Source of the DNA: Eledone cirrhosa
Lineage: Eukaryota
DNA length: 64,000 nucleotides
Assembly (NCBI GenBank): GCA_964016885.1
Contig: OZ024751.1
Coordinates: 14,818,001-14,882,000, forward strand
Direction: 5' to 3'
How positions within the stretch are numbered: position 1 is the first letter of the stretch; each line of letters opens with the position of its first letter. Shown here in pieces: positions 1 through 14,838 of this stretch. The notes below the pieces were generated by a model. It was not told the origin of the DNA. It did not search any database and saw only the letters and a program-made list of their open reading frames with translations. The translations under genes were made by a program, and so were the position numbers.

Positions 1-94
1 CAACTTCACCCTCCTCCCTACTACCCTTTACCATCTTAATTATCATCATCATCATCAACACCCCACCCACCCCCAAAACGACGACCACCCCCAC

Positions 95-907
95 CATCAC
101 CACCACCACAACCAACATCACCGCCACCTCTACCAACACCAACACCACCACCACCACCACCATCACTACCAACACCACAAACACCACAAACACCACCACT
201 ACCAACACCACCAACACCACCACCGCCACCACTACCAACACCACCAACACCACCAACACCACCACCGCCACCACTACCAACACCAATACCACCACCACCA
301 CCACCATCACTACCAACACCACAAACACCACCACTACCAACACCACCAACACCACCACCGCCACCACCACCACCGCCACCACCACCACCACCACCACCGC
401 CACCACTACCAACACCAATACCACCACCACCACTACCAACACCACCAACACCAGCAACACCACCACCACTACCAACACCAATACCACCACCACCACCACC
501 ACCACCGCCACCACTACCAACACCACCAACACCAGCAACACCACCACCACTACCAACACCAATACCACCGCCACCACCACCACCGCCGCCACCACCACCA
601 CCACCACCGCCACCGCCACCGCCACCACTACCAACACCAATACCACCACCACCACCACCGCCGCCACCACTACCAACACCACCAACACCAGCAACACCAC
701 CACCACTACCAACACCACCACCACCACCACCACCACCACCGCCACCACTACCAACACCACCAACACCAGCAACACCACCACCACTACCAACACCAATACC
801 ACCGCCACCACCACCACCACCACCACCGCCACCACCACCACCACCACCACCACCGCCACCACCACCGCCACCACTACCACTACCAACACCACCACCACCG
901 CCACCAT
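95..907. repeat. Compound (ACC)n/(ACCAACACC)n low-complexity repeat
   Basis: Continuous cac/caa/tac triplet array. Confidence 0.95.
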
Positions 908-1191
908 CAGCAGGAAAAGGAGAGAGGTAGGGCAGGCTATCATCAGTGATGTGTTGTCGTGTGTTTAGTAAAGGAAATGAATTTTTTCTGTTAGATTGGA
1001 CAGGGCAGTGGTGGTGAGGGGCAGATACGAGGGGGTGAGTGGTGACCAGATTGAAATATATATATAGGAGGAGGAGAGTGTGAGAGCTGGGAAAGAGAGA
1101 GGGTGGGAATATAGAGAGAGTTAATGAGAGAGCGAGAGAGAGAGAGAGTTAATAAGAGGAGAGATAGAGAGAGATTTAATGAGAGAGCACC

Positions 1192-1192
<1 letters not shown>

Positions 1193-1263
<71 letters not shown>

Positions 1264-1286
1264 GTTTATATATTTATATATATATT

Positions 1287-1363
<77 letters not shown>

Positions 1364-1373
1364 ATATATGTAT

Positions 1374-1406
<33 letters not shown>

Positions 1407-1409
1407 GTA

Positions 1410-1456
<47 letters not shown>

Positions 1457-1476
1457 GTATATATATGTATATATAC

Positions 1477-1570
<94 letters not shown>
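1193..1570. repeat. Interrupted (TA)n microsatellite; representative of dozens of (TA)n, (CA)n, (GA)n and (TACA)n tracts in the window
   Basis: Direct inspection; explains the IYIY/CVCV/HTHT/ERER ORFs. Confidence 0.98.
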
Positions 1571-1571
<1 letters not shown>

Positions 1572-1846
1572 GATGATGATAGAGGGACGGTGGCAGGGTG
1601 AAAGGTAGAGCTAATGATACAGGGAGGCAAGACAGAGAAAGAGCTTATGATAGAGGGAGGGAGAGAGAAAAAGAGATAATGATAGAGAGGGAGAGAAAGA
1701 CAGGGAGCTAATGATAGAGAGGGGGAGATGATGATGATGATGGAGGAAGGAAGAGACGATGATGATTATGATGGAGGAAGGAAGTGGTTAGTTTTGTTGT
1801 AACTAATATTGTTGATGTTAATGATGATAAATTACATATAACATAC

Positions 1847-1848
1847 CA

Positions 1849-1880
<32 letters not shown>

Positions 1881-1909
1881 GTTACAACTACCACCACTAC
1901 TACCACCAT

Positions 1910-1944
<35 letters not shown>

Positions 1945-2193
1945 GTACCACCACTACTACCACAATTACTACTACTATTACTACTACCACCACTACTACC
2001 ACTATTATCACCACTACCACTATTACCATCACGACTAGCACAACCACCACCACTACCATCACCACTACTAGCACCACCACACATACCATCACCACTACTT
2101 CCATCAAAACAACCACATCACCACTACTAGCACCACCACAACTACTATCACTACAACCACCAACACTACTACTACTAACAACCAGGTGTTAGT

Positions 2194-2260
<67 letters not shown>

Positions 2261-2297
2261 CGTTAGTAGAAGCACTAGTAGTGGTGGTGGTGTCAGT

Positions 2298-2334
<37 letters not shown>

Positions 2335-2337
2335 CAG
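1847..2337. repeat. (ACT/ACC)n array followed by the opposite-strand (AGT)n array
   Basis: Triplet arrays switch strand at about 2185. Confidence 0.9.
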
Positions 2338-2514
2338 GTGATGGGAGGGACATTTTTATGGCCGTTAGTTTTTTTTTCACACCAACCCTACCAAACCCAG
2401 CCACTAGAAAGTTCTATAATACATTACCACTCATTCTATAAGGTTCTTATTCATATACAATGCACAAACGGTACAATGAAGAATCTGGTATATCTGGAAG
2501 ATTTTTTTTTTACT

Positions 2515-2770
2515 GTTATACTTTGGGAGGGTCATGTTGCCAATAAGAAACACACGCACCAGTTGCTTTCACTTCAATTTATTATAATAAATTTATAAAT
2601 TTAGGAATTGATAAATTTCCGGCTGGTTGGTTGGTTCCACAACCAGATGATTGTTTATATATTGTCAAAGTTCTTTCGTCACACATTCTGTGACCTCTTC
2701 AGTGACTGGGGATTCTTTTCTTTGTTTTTGTGCCTCTCCTTTGTTCTGTCCTACGCCATCTTGTTTTTCT
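2515..2770 (-). mobile_element. PLE 3'-end fragment with hammerhead motif (family of the 54-55 kb PLE)
   Basis: Near-identical to 10185-10440 and 60867-61125. Minus strand reads gtca-CTGAAGA-g-gtcac..gtgac-GAAA-gaac-TT-tgac and ends ccctcccaaagtataac. Confidence 0.75.
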
Positions 2771-2869
2771 GTATCACACAGACACCACGGACTCGCCTCA
2801 TACTGTAACCAGACAAACATCCAATACAGTCATTTTCTCTTTTACCTGTCTTCTCTTATCATATGTTTA

Positions 2870-2898
2870 CCCGGGCGAAGCTGGGTACGTCAGCTAGT
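2870..2898 (+). mobile_element. Helitron-type 3' terminus
   Basis: GC-rich hairpin cccgggcgaagctggg followed by CTAG|T. Confidence 0.5.
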
Positions 2899-3284
2899 AT
2901 AAATTAAAATCTGCCAACATAATTTTATATATGCAGACGCTAATATAGTACTTATGTAGATAAACTTAATATCGAAATACTAAGCAAACATCAAGTTCTA
3001 GAAAATCAAACTTTCCAGTTGTTGTCTTCCTGTTTCTTCTACAACAACTACAACGGTACGCGATGGGGCCCACCCAGAGCCTCGGCGGACAGAATGGAGA
3101 AGGCGTTTGAATCATACGTTCGGTTAATATCTTAGTAATGAAAGAATTAATAATTTTGGTAAATCCCTTAAAGTTCTTTAATTAATTGATTGAAGTAAAC
3201 TGTATATATCCTTAGAAATAAAGTTATGAATGTACACCTGAGCTACAATCTCTCTCTCTCCCTCTCTGTCTTTCTATATGTGTA

Positions 3285-3363
<79 letters not shown>

Positions 3364-3582
3364 GTATTTATGTATGTATATATGCAGAGCTAATTTGTTT
3401 GTACACACGAAACATTATTGCACAACCATAGGTTTCATGGTCTGACAATCTTACACAAGTGCAATCGATGTTTGTTCGTCCGAACATATATACATACCTA
3501 ATATACATACATACATACATACATACATACATACATACATACATACATACATACATACATACATACATACATACATACATAC

Positions 3583-5075
3583 AGTCAACGCGATCAGGCA
3601 CATATTTGGGCGTGGGAGACTATTTATTAAATTTAAGATGAATACTATCACCGACAACTACAGCCATGTTGAATAACTGGTTATTCTTCTAACTATATCT
3701 TCTGAAGACATCTTTTATTCGAATTCGTAGAGATATCCGACTAAATACATAATTCATTTTACAAGGATTTGCTACAAACAGCATGGCTGAACACAACATC
3801 AACAACAAAATTAAGGAAGTACCGAAGACAAATAACAAGGAAGTTAAACAAACTTTATTCAGTTGTAGCTACAGAAGAAACCGAAATTATAAATCGCATT
3901 TCTCTTGGAGTTGCGAACTTAATGATGATTTATTTAATTGTTATAAAATGGCAAAAACAATCCCTCCATTGGCTATATGAACAGAATGAAGCTTCACTGG
4001 GACGAAATACACCCAGAGCTAAATTATTTCACAGCGAAACAATTACGCCAACAAGCGACGTTTGTTGAACGTAAAAATAATCGGTGAATTGGCAGTATCG
4101 GTAGAGGGTTGGACGCCATGCTTTCCAGCATAGTTACGTCTATTTACGGTCTGAGTTCAAATCCCGTCGAGGTTAACTTTGCCTTTCATCCTTACGGGGT
4201 CGATAAAATAAAGTACCAGTAATGTACTGGGTAATTGCTGGCCTTGTGCCAAAAGTAGAAACAATTATTAATTGTAAGTCCCCCACAACAAACATGTTAT
4301 CAACAACACATGCTACAGATCGCCATGCTACTAGACTTCCTAGCAGCCAGGTCGAACAGTGCCTTGAAACAACTGTCTGTAAGAAACTTGACATTACGTG
4401 TACCATCTAAGTCTACCTCGAATGCTGGGGAAAACACTATCGATAATAATAATAATCGAAGAAATAATAATAATAATCGAAGAAATTTGACACCACGTGT
4501 ACCATCCGAGTATACCTCGACTATTGTGGAAAATACTATCGATAATGATAATCAACAGTATAAACAATTGAAATTTTCCCTCAACGAAATCTTCCAGAGA
4601 GAAATTAATTCATGTATAAATATCTCTCTTGCTGAACGTATTAAAACGACAATGTTTAATAAAAAACCAAATAATGAAATATTACGTCTTATTGACGAAA
4701 CAGGGGATGAATATTTACGACGGATAAAAACCCCAACATTTTGGCAAATCAACGCCTGTTTATAAGTCTTAGCAACGATAGTGAAGCATTATCTTGGTGA
4801 TAGCAGAGATATTAACAAGAACAGAACACCACCAAAAATACCATCATATATAACTAAAATAGAAAAAAAGATTGCTGACCTACGAAAAAACATAGGGATA
4901 TGTGACAATGCTCCTTACATGCAAACAAACACAAAAAAAACCTCACTCCTCACCAACAAAGAGTGAAAAATAAAATAGAGACGATGTTTGGTAACAGTAG
5001 AACCAGAACTCTCCAATATAAGCTGATCACCTTCAAACAAGAATTGAGAGCTGTTAGCGAAAAACGCCGAAGATG
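3583..5075 (+). pseudogene. Decayed N-terminal part of an R4/Dong-like non-LTR retrotransposon ORF, interrupted by a SINE
   Basis: Broken ORFs include PTFWQINACL and PPKIPSYITKIEKKIADLRKNIG, resembling the pre-RT region of R4-clade elements; begins directly after (CATA)n. Confidence 0.45.
4082..4268 (+). mobile_element. tRNA-derived SINE, family A
   Basis: Box A-like tggcagtatcgg, box B gagttcaaatccc, central gcctttcatccttacggggtcgataaaataaagtaccag; more than 20 full or partial copies in the window. Confidence 0.85.
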
Positions 5076-5154
5076 CTAGATGGTCGGTCGTCCTCTTGTC
5101 TATGATTTTCAGCCCCATGGATTTTATCTGTTATATTCCTTTGTTATATTTCGA

Positions 5155-5212
5155 ATACCTGATGATATCACCGGATTCATACGGAACCCGGTCATTGAAA
5201 TGATCATAGTAT
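5155..5212 (+). ncRNA. Minimal type-I hammerhead ribozyme motif
   Basis: atac-CTGATGA-stem II (accgg..ccggt)-GAAA-tgatca-TA|gtat; stem I atac/gtat. Confidence 0.7.
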
Positions 5213-5265
5213 AATAAACCTTTCAAGGATTTACATCAGTCCAGCCTCCTGTTATTTTATTATAA

Positions 5266-5372
5266 TAATTGTTTCTACTTTAGGCACAAGGCCAGCAATT
5301 ATCCACTAAATTACTGGTACTTTATTTTATCGAACCTCGGCGGGATTTGAACTCAGACTGTAAAGGGACGTA
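5266..5372 (-). mobile_element. SINE family A, internally deleted copy
   Basis: Matches the family A 3' end and box B. Confidence 0.7.
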
Positions 5373-5501
5373 ACTAATTAACTCCGTATTAGCACCACCA
5401 ACTACACAAACGAAGACGGGTGAGCTGCATTACGTTGAGTACTCTCCATAATATTACATCGAGATTGACCATACGGAATGACCAATGGTGAACCAACAAA
5501 C

Positions 5502-5551
<50 letters not shown>

Positions 5552-5582
5552 GTATGTATATATGTATGTATATATATATGTG

Positions 5583-6024
5583 AAAAGGGCAAAGGAGCTC
5601 TTAAGAGTCAATGGCCATCCAAAATCACCGGGAGAGATGACCTCTTAGCCTTTGTCAAGGCAGAATTCTAGGAGAAGGAAAACTCTGATCTGATGGTATC
5701 CAATGATGTTGACTTGTTCTTCTTTTTGGTAAATATCAACTTGGTTAAGAGAGTGGGACTGGCTTTGTGCAGGGCCTTTGCTCACTATAAAAGCTTCACG
5801 GCACAGGCATTGCTTTATATCTGGAGATCTCTCTGCACTTGTCGTCACATGGTACCGTGGGCCCAGCACTATGTGTCAATAATTGTCACAAGTGTAGTAT
5901 TTTTACCAGAGTTTTCAAGTCGCTGGCTGGACTAAAAAGTCACACTCGTTCAGCGAATCGGTAGGGGTACTCCTACATGGATATAAAGTAGTGGCCGTAC
6001 TCGAAAACGAGTTGGCAGCCACCA
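5583..6024 (+). mobile_element. Unclassified ~450-610 bp repeat (copy 1 of 3) ending in (TA)n
   Basis: Highly similar to the reverse complement of 49254-49709 and 53539-54150. Confidence 0.8.
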
Positions 6025-6098
6025 TATATATGTGTATATATATATATGTATATATATATGTATATATATATGTATATATATATGTATATATGTATACA

Positions 6099-6415
<317 letters not shown>

Positions 6416-7204
6416 AAAAAACTATACATATATATATTTATATATACATATATATACATGTATAAACTATATATACATGTATAAACTATGAATAACGCCT
6501 CCAGGTCTATTCACACAAACCACTTCTGTTTACACTGTCCACTGATAGAGTTTATTGTACGTTTGTATACACACACTTACACACAGATTTATACAAACAC
6601 GTCACACATAGCTCACACGGACACACACACACACACATCACTGACACACATACGGACGCACACACAAAACAGACATACACTCACATATACTAATTATGTG
6701 AGTGTATTCGTGCTCCAATGTCTGTGTGGTGGTTGAGCGGGGATTGTGTGTGTGTGTGTGTGTGGGTGTCTGTTGCTAGTCAATATAAGGTTAAGTGTTG
6801 ATTGTGTGTGTCTATACGTTTATGTAGTCGCTGTTGTTTGACTCCAGATTAGCACTGAACAAGCTACCTGTTATCAAGAGCGTTCCAGTTGTGACAATCC
6901 CATCTCCCCCCCCCCCCCATAAACTATATTATTTAATTAGTCCTTCCTTTTAGTGAAGGAAGCTGGCTGTGTATTGTGTTTGCCCTAGCATGGTCATAGC
7001 TAATTGGCTGGAACAACAAAAGGTGAAAGTACAAACAAAATCATCAATACCCTCATCAACCACACTTGCGAATGCAATTTCGTGCATACACCAGAATGGC
7101 TGACCGAATACATACGTGCTTCTTCTCAAAAGTTTTTGTTTTTTCCATTTCTTCGTCTTCTCACTTTTCTCTATCTTTCTATTTCATATTATATTTCTCA
7201 TTCT

Positions 7205-7242
7205 ATCTCCTGATGAACGACTAGTGTCTGAAACGTAAAGAC
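7205..7242 (+). ncRNA. Minimal hammerhead-like motif (same family as 53340-53378)
   Basis: CTGATGA-ac-gac-tagt-gtc-t-GAAA-cg-TA; downstream flank similar to 53380-53450. Confidence 0.55.
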
Positions 7243-7366
7243 ACTTTTTCTACTATATCAAGCGATAAACTAATATATTTCTTCATGTACTGTGTCGTTT
7301 GCTTTGTTGTTTCAGTTTACCTTTTGCATACGTATATATATATATTGGGACCACCCATGTAAACTC

Positions 7367-7453
7367 GCATATCTGAAGAGGTGTCGATTAAGAGTCGGTA
7401 TGGATCACCTGATCAATCCCGAGGTGATCCATACCGAAACAGTTGTAATATGC
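7367..7453 (+). ncRNA. Type-I hammerhead ribozyme motif
   Basis: gcatat-CTGAAGA...ggtatggatcacct/aggtgatccatacc stem-GAAA-cagttg-TA|atatgc; 6-bp stem I. Confidence 0.75.
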
Positions 7454-7492
7454 AATACAGTTTCATAACAAGTTGCAAATCTGACTTCTTAT

Positions 7493-7550
<58 letters not shown>

Positions 7551-7954
7551 TATATATATATATATATATATATAACAACTAGAAATTGATTAACATATAA
7601 ATAAACATATGAAACAATCACAGGGGATAATTTTTACAAGTGTGCAAGCACACATAGCTAGGTAGGTAACTAAATAAAGTTAACTAGAACTTCAAAAATA
7701 GATACCTTATAATATGATTAATCTTCCCTGTATATATTCCATTGAAGAAATATATTTCACCAATTAATCGAATGGTAAACCACGGAGGCTGATACTTGGA
7801 TTTTCAACAAGGAAGAAGTCCAGCCATCTGTGTTTACGCATTAAGTTCAAATCAGCGACTGGCCAGTAACACGTGCTGAATCTACTAAAAATAGACACAT
7901 CATACCATCTTTGATTTATCTTAATTTTGTATATATATATATATATATATATAT

Positions 7955-8143
7955 AGTTTTAATATAGATGAGATTCTACAGGACTAGAACTGTTTCATTC
8001 TTTAGAAATCATCAGGAATCTGATTTCTAAAGAATGAAACAGTTCTAGTCCTGTAGAATCTCATCTATATTAAAACTTTTATACTCTGCAATGTATTGAG
8101 TACCTTACTTACTGTGGTTACCTCCGATTCAACCCGGAATAAC

Positions 8144-8144
<1 letters not shown>
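7955..8144. mobile_element. Fold-back palindromic PLE-type end with a complete hammerhead (7972-8020, minus) plus tail, between (TA)n tracts
   Basis: Arms 7955-8011 and 8021-8077; gattc-CTGATGA-t-ttct-aa-agaa-t-GAAA-cag..ctg-TA|gaatc; linear copies at 62400-62538 and 58640-58765. Confidence 0.8.
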
Positions 8145-8186
<42 letters not shown>

Positions 8187-8216
8187 CAAGAGCTCAGCCA
8201 TCGGACCCTGACTCAC

Positions 8217-8247
<31 letters not shown>

Positions 8248-8252
<5 letters not shown>

Positions 8253-8425
8253 GTTTCTACTTTAGGCACAAGGCCAGCAATTACCCAGTGCATTACTGGT
8301 ACTTTATTTTATCGACCCCGTAAGGATGAAAGGCAAAGTCAACCTCGGCGGCATTTGAACTCAGATCATAAAGGGACGTAACTATGCTGGAAAGCATGAT
8401 TTCAAACCATCTACCGATACTGCCT
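8248..8425 (-). mobile_element. SINE family A
   Basis: Near full-length match to family A. Confidence 0.85.
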
Positions 8426-8621
8426 AACGGAATCATTCAATGTTGTTAGCCTGGCGTGGCTACACGCATCGAAGCATTGATTACTGTTGAAAATCAATCA
8501 ATTCACTGAATGAAACAAAAAAAAAGAACAAAGAATTGTTCCTCCTCACAGGGTAGATTCAATAGATGTTAGATATAATGAGTAGACAAGGATACCCGAA
8601 CAAAATAGGAAGGATTTGATT

Positions 8622-8826
8622 AATTGTTTCTTCTTTAGGCACAAGGCCAGCAATTTTGGGAGAGGGGGAAAGTCGATTGAACCGACTCCGACTGGTGCTT
8701 TATTTTATCGACCACGTAAGGATGAAAGGCAAAGTTAAACCCGGCGGGATTTGAACTCAGAACGTAAAAGGGCCATAACTGTATGCTCCACAGCATGGTG
8801 TCTGACGCTCTATCGATACTGCCAAT
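8622..8826 (-). mobile_element. SINE family A, long variant
   Basis: Carries the extra gggagagggggaaagtcgattgaaccgac segment. Confidence 0.8.
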
Positions 8827-8967
8827 CATTGATAGTCACCCCCTGACCATGGTTTCTTGCTGCCATGGTCTGTCTATTAAAGTACATTGACATGTTTCAT
8901 AACATCTCAACAGTCGAACAAACATGGAACTTCGTGCATGGAACATACGTTATGGAATAAGAGTAGA

Positions 8968-8972
8968 GCAGC

Positions 8973-9030
<58 letters not shown>

Positions 9031-9085
9031 TAGCAGCAGGAACAACAACAGCAGCAGCAGTAGTAGTAGTAGTAGTAGTAGCAGC

Positions 9086-9128
<43 letters not shown>

Positions 9129-9158
9129 TAGCAGCAGGAACAACAACAGCAGCAGTGA

Positions 9159-9190
<32 letters not shown>

Positions 9191-9212
9191 TAGCAGAAGG
9201 AACAACAGCAGC

Positions 9213-9262
<50 letters not shown>

Positions 9263-9410
9263 CAGCAGCAGTCGTAACAGCAGCAGCAGTCGTAACAGCA
9301 GCAGCAGTAATAACCGCAGCAGCAGCAGTAGTAGCAGTAATAGCATCAGCAGCAGTAATAACCGCAGCAGCAGCAGGAGCAGCAGTAATATCATCATCAG
9401 CAGCAGCAGA
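8968..9410. repeat. (AGT)n/(AGC)n compound triplet repeat
   Basis: Direct inspection. Confidence 0.95.
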
Positions 9411-9554
9411 TGTGAGAGGGGGAGGGGGGGGGGTTATAAACACTGAGTTGACCCTCGTCTTTTGTAGTTTTGTTTAGTAAAGGAAGTACATAATGTTGGA
9501 CAACAACCTTTATAGCATGGTGGGGGGTCGGGGGAGAGGGGGAGGGGGTAGATT

Positions 9555-9802
9555 AGAAAGAAAGAAAAGAAGATAGCGAGAAAGAAAGAAAGAAAGAAAG
9601 AAAGAATTAAAGAAAGATAGCGAGAAAGAAAGATAGAAAGAATGAAAGAAAGAAAGAATGAAAGTAAGAAAGAATGAAAGAAAGAAAGAAAGAATAAAAG
9701 AAAGAAAGAAAGAATGAAAGAAAGAAAGAAAGAATAAAAGAAAGAAAGAAAGAAAGAAAGAAAGAATGAAAGAATGAAAGAAAGAATGAAAGAAAGATAG
9801 CG

Positions 9803-9837
<35 letters not shown>

Positions 9838-9854
9838 ATGAAAGAAAGATAGCG

Positions 9855-9905
<51 letters not shown>

Positions 9906-9927
9906 ATGAAAGAAAGATAGCGAGAAA
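9555..9927. repeat. (AAAG)n tetranucleotide repeat
   Basis: Direct inspection. Confidence 0.95.
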
Positions 9928-10092
9928 ATATATATATATATATACATATATAATAAGAGTTGACGGACCCAGCATATTTATCAATGCCAGGACAGGTTGT
10001 ATCTCAGCGTACTCCATGGGCAATGTAAGATACATTACCAGAGTATACACATAGTTATTTGCCTCAACACAACACACGTAAAACGGGTGCCT

Positions 10093-10128
<36 letters not shown>

Positions 10129-10184
10129 CAAATATATATATATATATATATATATATAGTGCAAATTATATATATATATATATA

Positions 10185-10438
10185 GTTATACTTTGGGAGG
10201 GTCATGTTGCCAATAAGAAACACACGCACCAGTTGCTTTCACTTCAATTTATTATAAATTAAATTAATAAATTTAAGAATTTATAAATTTCCGGTTGGTT
10301 GGTTGGTTCCACAACCGGACGGTTGTTTATATATTGTCAAAGTTCTTTCGTCACACATTCTGTGACCTCTTCAGTGACTGAGGATTCTTCTCTTTGTTTT
10401 GTGCCTCTCCTTTGTTCTGTCCTACGCCATCTTGTTTT

Positions 10439-10440
<2 letters not shown>
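10185..10440 (-). mobile_element. PLE 3'-end fragment with hammerhead motif
   Basis: Same family and same truncation point (ctacgccatcttgttt) as 2515-2770. Confidence 0.75.
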
Positions 10441-10488
<48 letters not shown>

Positions 10489-11019
10489 ACGAGAGAAAGA
10501 GAGAGAGAGTGTGTGTGTGTGAGAGAGAGAGAAAGAGAGAGAGGGGAAATAAAACCATTGCTCAGCTTGTCCAGGCCGGTCTGTTCCCTATTATTGTGTT
10601 CCCTCATTCTTGGTGTCTACTGTATAATTACCAATAGGGGACCAAGATCTGTAATAATAGGGGTCTATGGTGGCAGGGGAGAGAGGGAGGGGAGATGTAT
10701 AGAAGAGGGAGGGGAGAGAGTGAGAGGAGACGGAGAGAATAAGAGAGAGAGAGAGTGAGGAGAGTTATATAGGAGGGAGGGAGGGAGAGAGAGAGAGAGA
10801 GTGAGGGGAGAGGTATAGAAGAGGGAGGGAGAGAGTGAGAAGAGACGGAGAGAATAAAAGAGAGAGAGAGTGAGGAGAGTTATATAGGAGGGAGGGAGAG
10901 AGAGCGTGGAGAGAGATATAGAGGAGGGAGGGAGAGAGTGATGCGAAAGGGAGAGAGTGACAATAAAGAGAAGATTAAACATGAGGGAGGAGAGATGTAG
11001 TTTAACATTTTAACAGCTG

Positions 11020-12565
11020 ACACACACACATATACACACACATACAGATACACATACTCATACACACACATACAGATACACACCACACATACAGATACAC
11101 ATACTCATACACACACATACAGATACACACCACACATACAATAACACATACTCATACACACACATACAGATACACACACACACATATACACACATACAGA
11201 TACACACCACACATACAGATACACATACTCATACACACACATACAGATACACACACACACATACACACACATACAGATACATACCACACATACTCATACA
11301 CACACATACAGATACACACCACACATACACACACATACATATACACACACATACAGATACACATACTCATACACACACATACAGATACACATACTCATAC
11401 ACACACATACAGATACACACACACATATACACACACATACAGATACACATACTCATACACACACATACAGATACACACCACACATACACACACATACATA
11501 TACACACACATACAGATACACACCACACATACAGATACACATACTCATACACACACATACAGATACACACCACACATATACACACATACATATACACACA
11601 CATACAGATACACATACTCATACACACACATACAGATACACACACACACATACACACACATACAGATACACACCACACATACAGATACACATACTCATAC
11701 ACACACATACAGATACACACCACACATACACACACATACATATACACACCACACATACAGATACACATACTCATACACACACATACAGATACACACCACA
11801 TATACACACACATACAGATACACATACTCATACACACACATACAGATACACATACTCATACACACACATACAGATACACACACACATATACACACACATA
11901 CAGATACACATACTCATACACACACATACAGATACACACCACACATACACACACATACATATACACACACATACAGATACACACCACACATACAGATACA
12001 CATACTCATACACACACATACAGATACACACCACACATATACACACATACATATACACACACATACAGATACACATACTCATACACGCACATACAGATAC
12101 ACACACACACATATACACACATACAGATACACACCACACATACAGATACACATACTCATACACACACATACAGATACACACACACACATACACACACATA
12201 CAGATACACACCACACATACAGATACACATACTCATACACACACATACAGATACACACCACACATACACACACATACATATACACACACATACAGATACA
12301 CATACTCATACACACACATACAGATACACATACTCATACACACACATACAGATACACATACTCATATACACACATACAGATACACATACTCATACACACA
12401 TACAGATACACATACTCATATACACACATACAGATACACATACTCATACACACATACAGATACACATACTCATACACCCACATACAGATACACATACTCA
12501 TACACACACATACAGATACACATACTCATACACACACATTCAGATACACATACTCATACACACAC
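11020..12565. repeat. Minisatellite of ~26-28 bp CA-rich units (cacacacatacagatacacatactcata) with higher-order duplication
   Basis: Repeating units; identical long peptide blocks in ORFs 11367-11837 and 11828-12214. Confidence 0.9.
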
Positions 12566-13031
12566 TCACAGACAGACACACCCACACTTATGCGCACACA
12601 CCCACAGAGATACACACACTAATACAAACACCCACCCACCCACAGACATACACACACTACACACACACACTCACAGACATACACACACAGATATTGACAT
12701 ACACATACACACACACAGATACCTACACACTTATACACAGACACATACACACATAGGCACACATGAATACATACATACATACATCAAATATAGATACACA
12801 TATACACAATCACACACCCATACAGTCACAGCACGCACATACATAAATACACACATGCACATATACACAGACGCACACGCCCATATACAGACACACACAC
12901 ACAGATAGATAGTGAGGTAGATAATAAAGAAGATGCTGTCATATTTAATAATAATAATAATAATGAAATTATTGTGTACAGTGCTCAGGTGCACTACAAC
13001 TCATCAAAGGTGCATGTATAGTACATAGAAT

Positions 13032-13465
13032 ATTTGTTTCTACTTTTGGCACAAGGCCTGCAATTATCTCAGTGTATTACTGGTACTTTATTTCATCGAC
13101 CCCGAAAGGATGAATGGCAAAGTTAACCTCGGCGGGATTTGAACTCAGACCGTAAAGGGCCGTAACTCTATGCTGCTAAGCATGGCGTCCGACCCTCTAC
13201 CGATACTGCCAACCCTCCGCCCTAGGAGTATAGTAAGGCCTAGTAATTTTAATTAACTAAAATTAGGCCTTAAATAATTGTTTCTAATTTAGGCACAAGG
13301 CCAGAAATTTAGAAGAAAGGAAAGCCGAATATATTGACCCCATTGCATGACAGGTATTTTATTTTATCGACCTCAGAAGGATGAAATGTAAAGTTAATCT
13401 CGGCGGGAATTGGACTCAGAAACGTAAAAGCTAGAACTGTCCGACACTCTAACGACTCTGCCAAT
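13032..13465 (-). mobile_element. Two family A SINEs
   Basis: Copies at about 13032-13222 and 13275-13465. Confidence 0.8.
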
Positions 13466-13609
13466 GCAGTTAGACCTTAAATAATTGTTTCTAATTTAAG
13501 CTTTGGTTTAGTTGTCAAGGTCCATTGCTGTTTCTTCTAAAATATAAACAGGAAGTCGGTGTTCAACTCCAGGTTAACCATCAAAGAGATTCAATTTCAT
13601 AAAATTTAT

Positions 13610-13857
13610 CGATCGAATTGATCGACGAAATCCCAGACCTCATTCGTTTACCAAATGGAGTGGAACTCGTCAAACAGGACCAAGGAAACAATGTTTCTAT
13701 TGGTCTTTCCAATTGCTGATACTATCTACCGATCACAACTCCAGGCAGAAAGGACAACATGAAATAAAGTTTCTTGCTCAATGACATAACACATAACCGG
13801 GTCCAGGAATCGAACTCGCAACCTCACGATTGCGAATCCAATTCTGTAATCACGCCT
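13610..13857 (-). mobile_element. SINE family B
   Basis: Reverse-complement homology to 6197-6415. Confidence 0.65.
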
Positions 13858-14458
13858 TAAATAAAATTTAATCAAGTATAAAATTATCTTACCCTAACCC
13901 TTGTCTTTCTTTCTCTTGCCCACATTTCATTTTCCCCTCACCAATTATCTCTAAAAAAATGTACCAGTTCAATACTGGAAAAATCTTCCTCTCAATATAT
14001 CTTTCTCATTCCCTGTCTGTCACTCATTCTCTCGCTTCTTCTCTGGAAGAAATAGACTGTGTTGAGAGCTGGAGATAGGAGGGTTCTGACAGGCTTTTTA
14101 AAATGTCCAAATATGTCACGACGCCGCCTCTACAACTCTATCAAGAATTACGGGCTCATACTTAGAATTGCTAGCAAAAGTACTTACACGCGTAGTTTTG
14201 GTTTAAGGCAGTCGTGCACAAACTGCGGTCCGTTTGGCTTTCTGTATGGCACACCTTGACATTTGTAGTAGTGTGACCTACCTTATGATGAGTCACATCC
14301 TATTCGGCCCACTCCTCAATAAACGTTGCCCATTCATGGTTTAAGGTCTGCCAAAATACACGTGGGAGTGAAAAAGGTTTTAAGGTCTACTAATAAAAAT
14401 AATCTTTTAAAAATAATCAGTGATGGATGGTCTTCCGGGGATACGAGTTGACAGCCAC

Positions 14459-14491
<33 letters not shown>

Positions 14492-14838
14492 TGTATGTAT
14501 GTATGTATGTATGTATGTATGTATGTATGTATGTGTGTATGTATGTATGTATGTATGTATGTATGTGTGTATGTATGTATGTATGTATGTATGTATGTAT
14601 GTATGTATGTTCTTCTGGTTTTATAATTTCACAAAGTTTTACCAATAGAGAGAGAGTCGGTTTTCTAACAGAGACACAAGACTCTCTCATTGGAATTTAC
14701 ACAACATCAACTAGGTAGATATGTATGTATGCATGCATGTGTAGATATGGATGTTATTGTATGTGTGGATGTGTATGTTTTGAGTTGTATGTGTGCATGT
14801 GTATATGCTTTGTATCTGTACATGTGTATATGCAGTTA

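Noticed and set aside
3700-3750. Isolated CTGANGA sites (also about 34430, 45822, 49866, 52820 and 58235)
   Set aside because: No properly placed GAAA and stems, so not counted as hammerheads
4082-4175. tRNA gene-like box A and box B heads
   Set aside because: No complete cloverleaf; always attached to SINE bodies
5693-5935. 80-aa ORF open in all three copies of the unclassified repeat
   Set aside because: The copies are very similar and differ by several amino-acid changes, so there is no sign of coding constraint, and no recognisable motif
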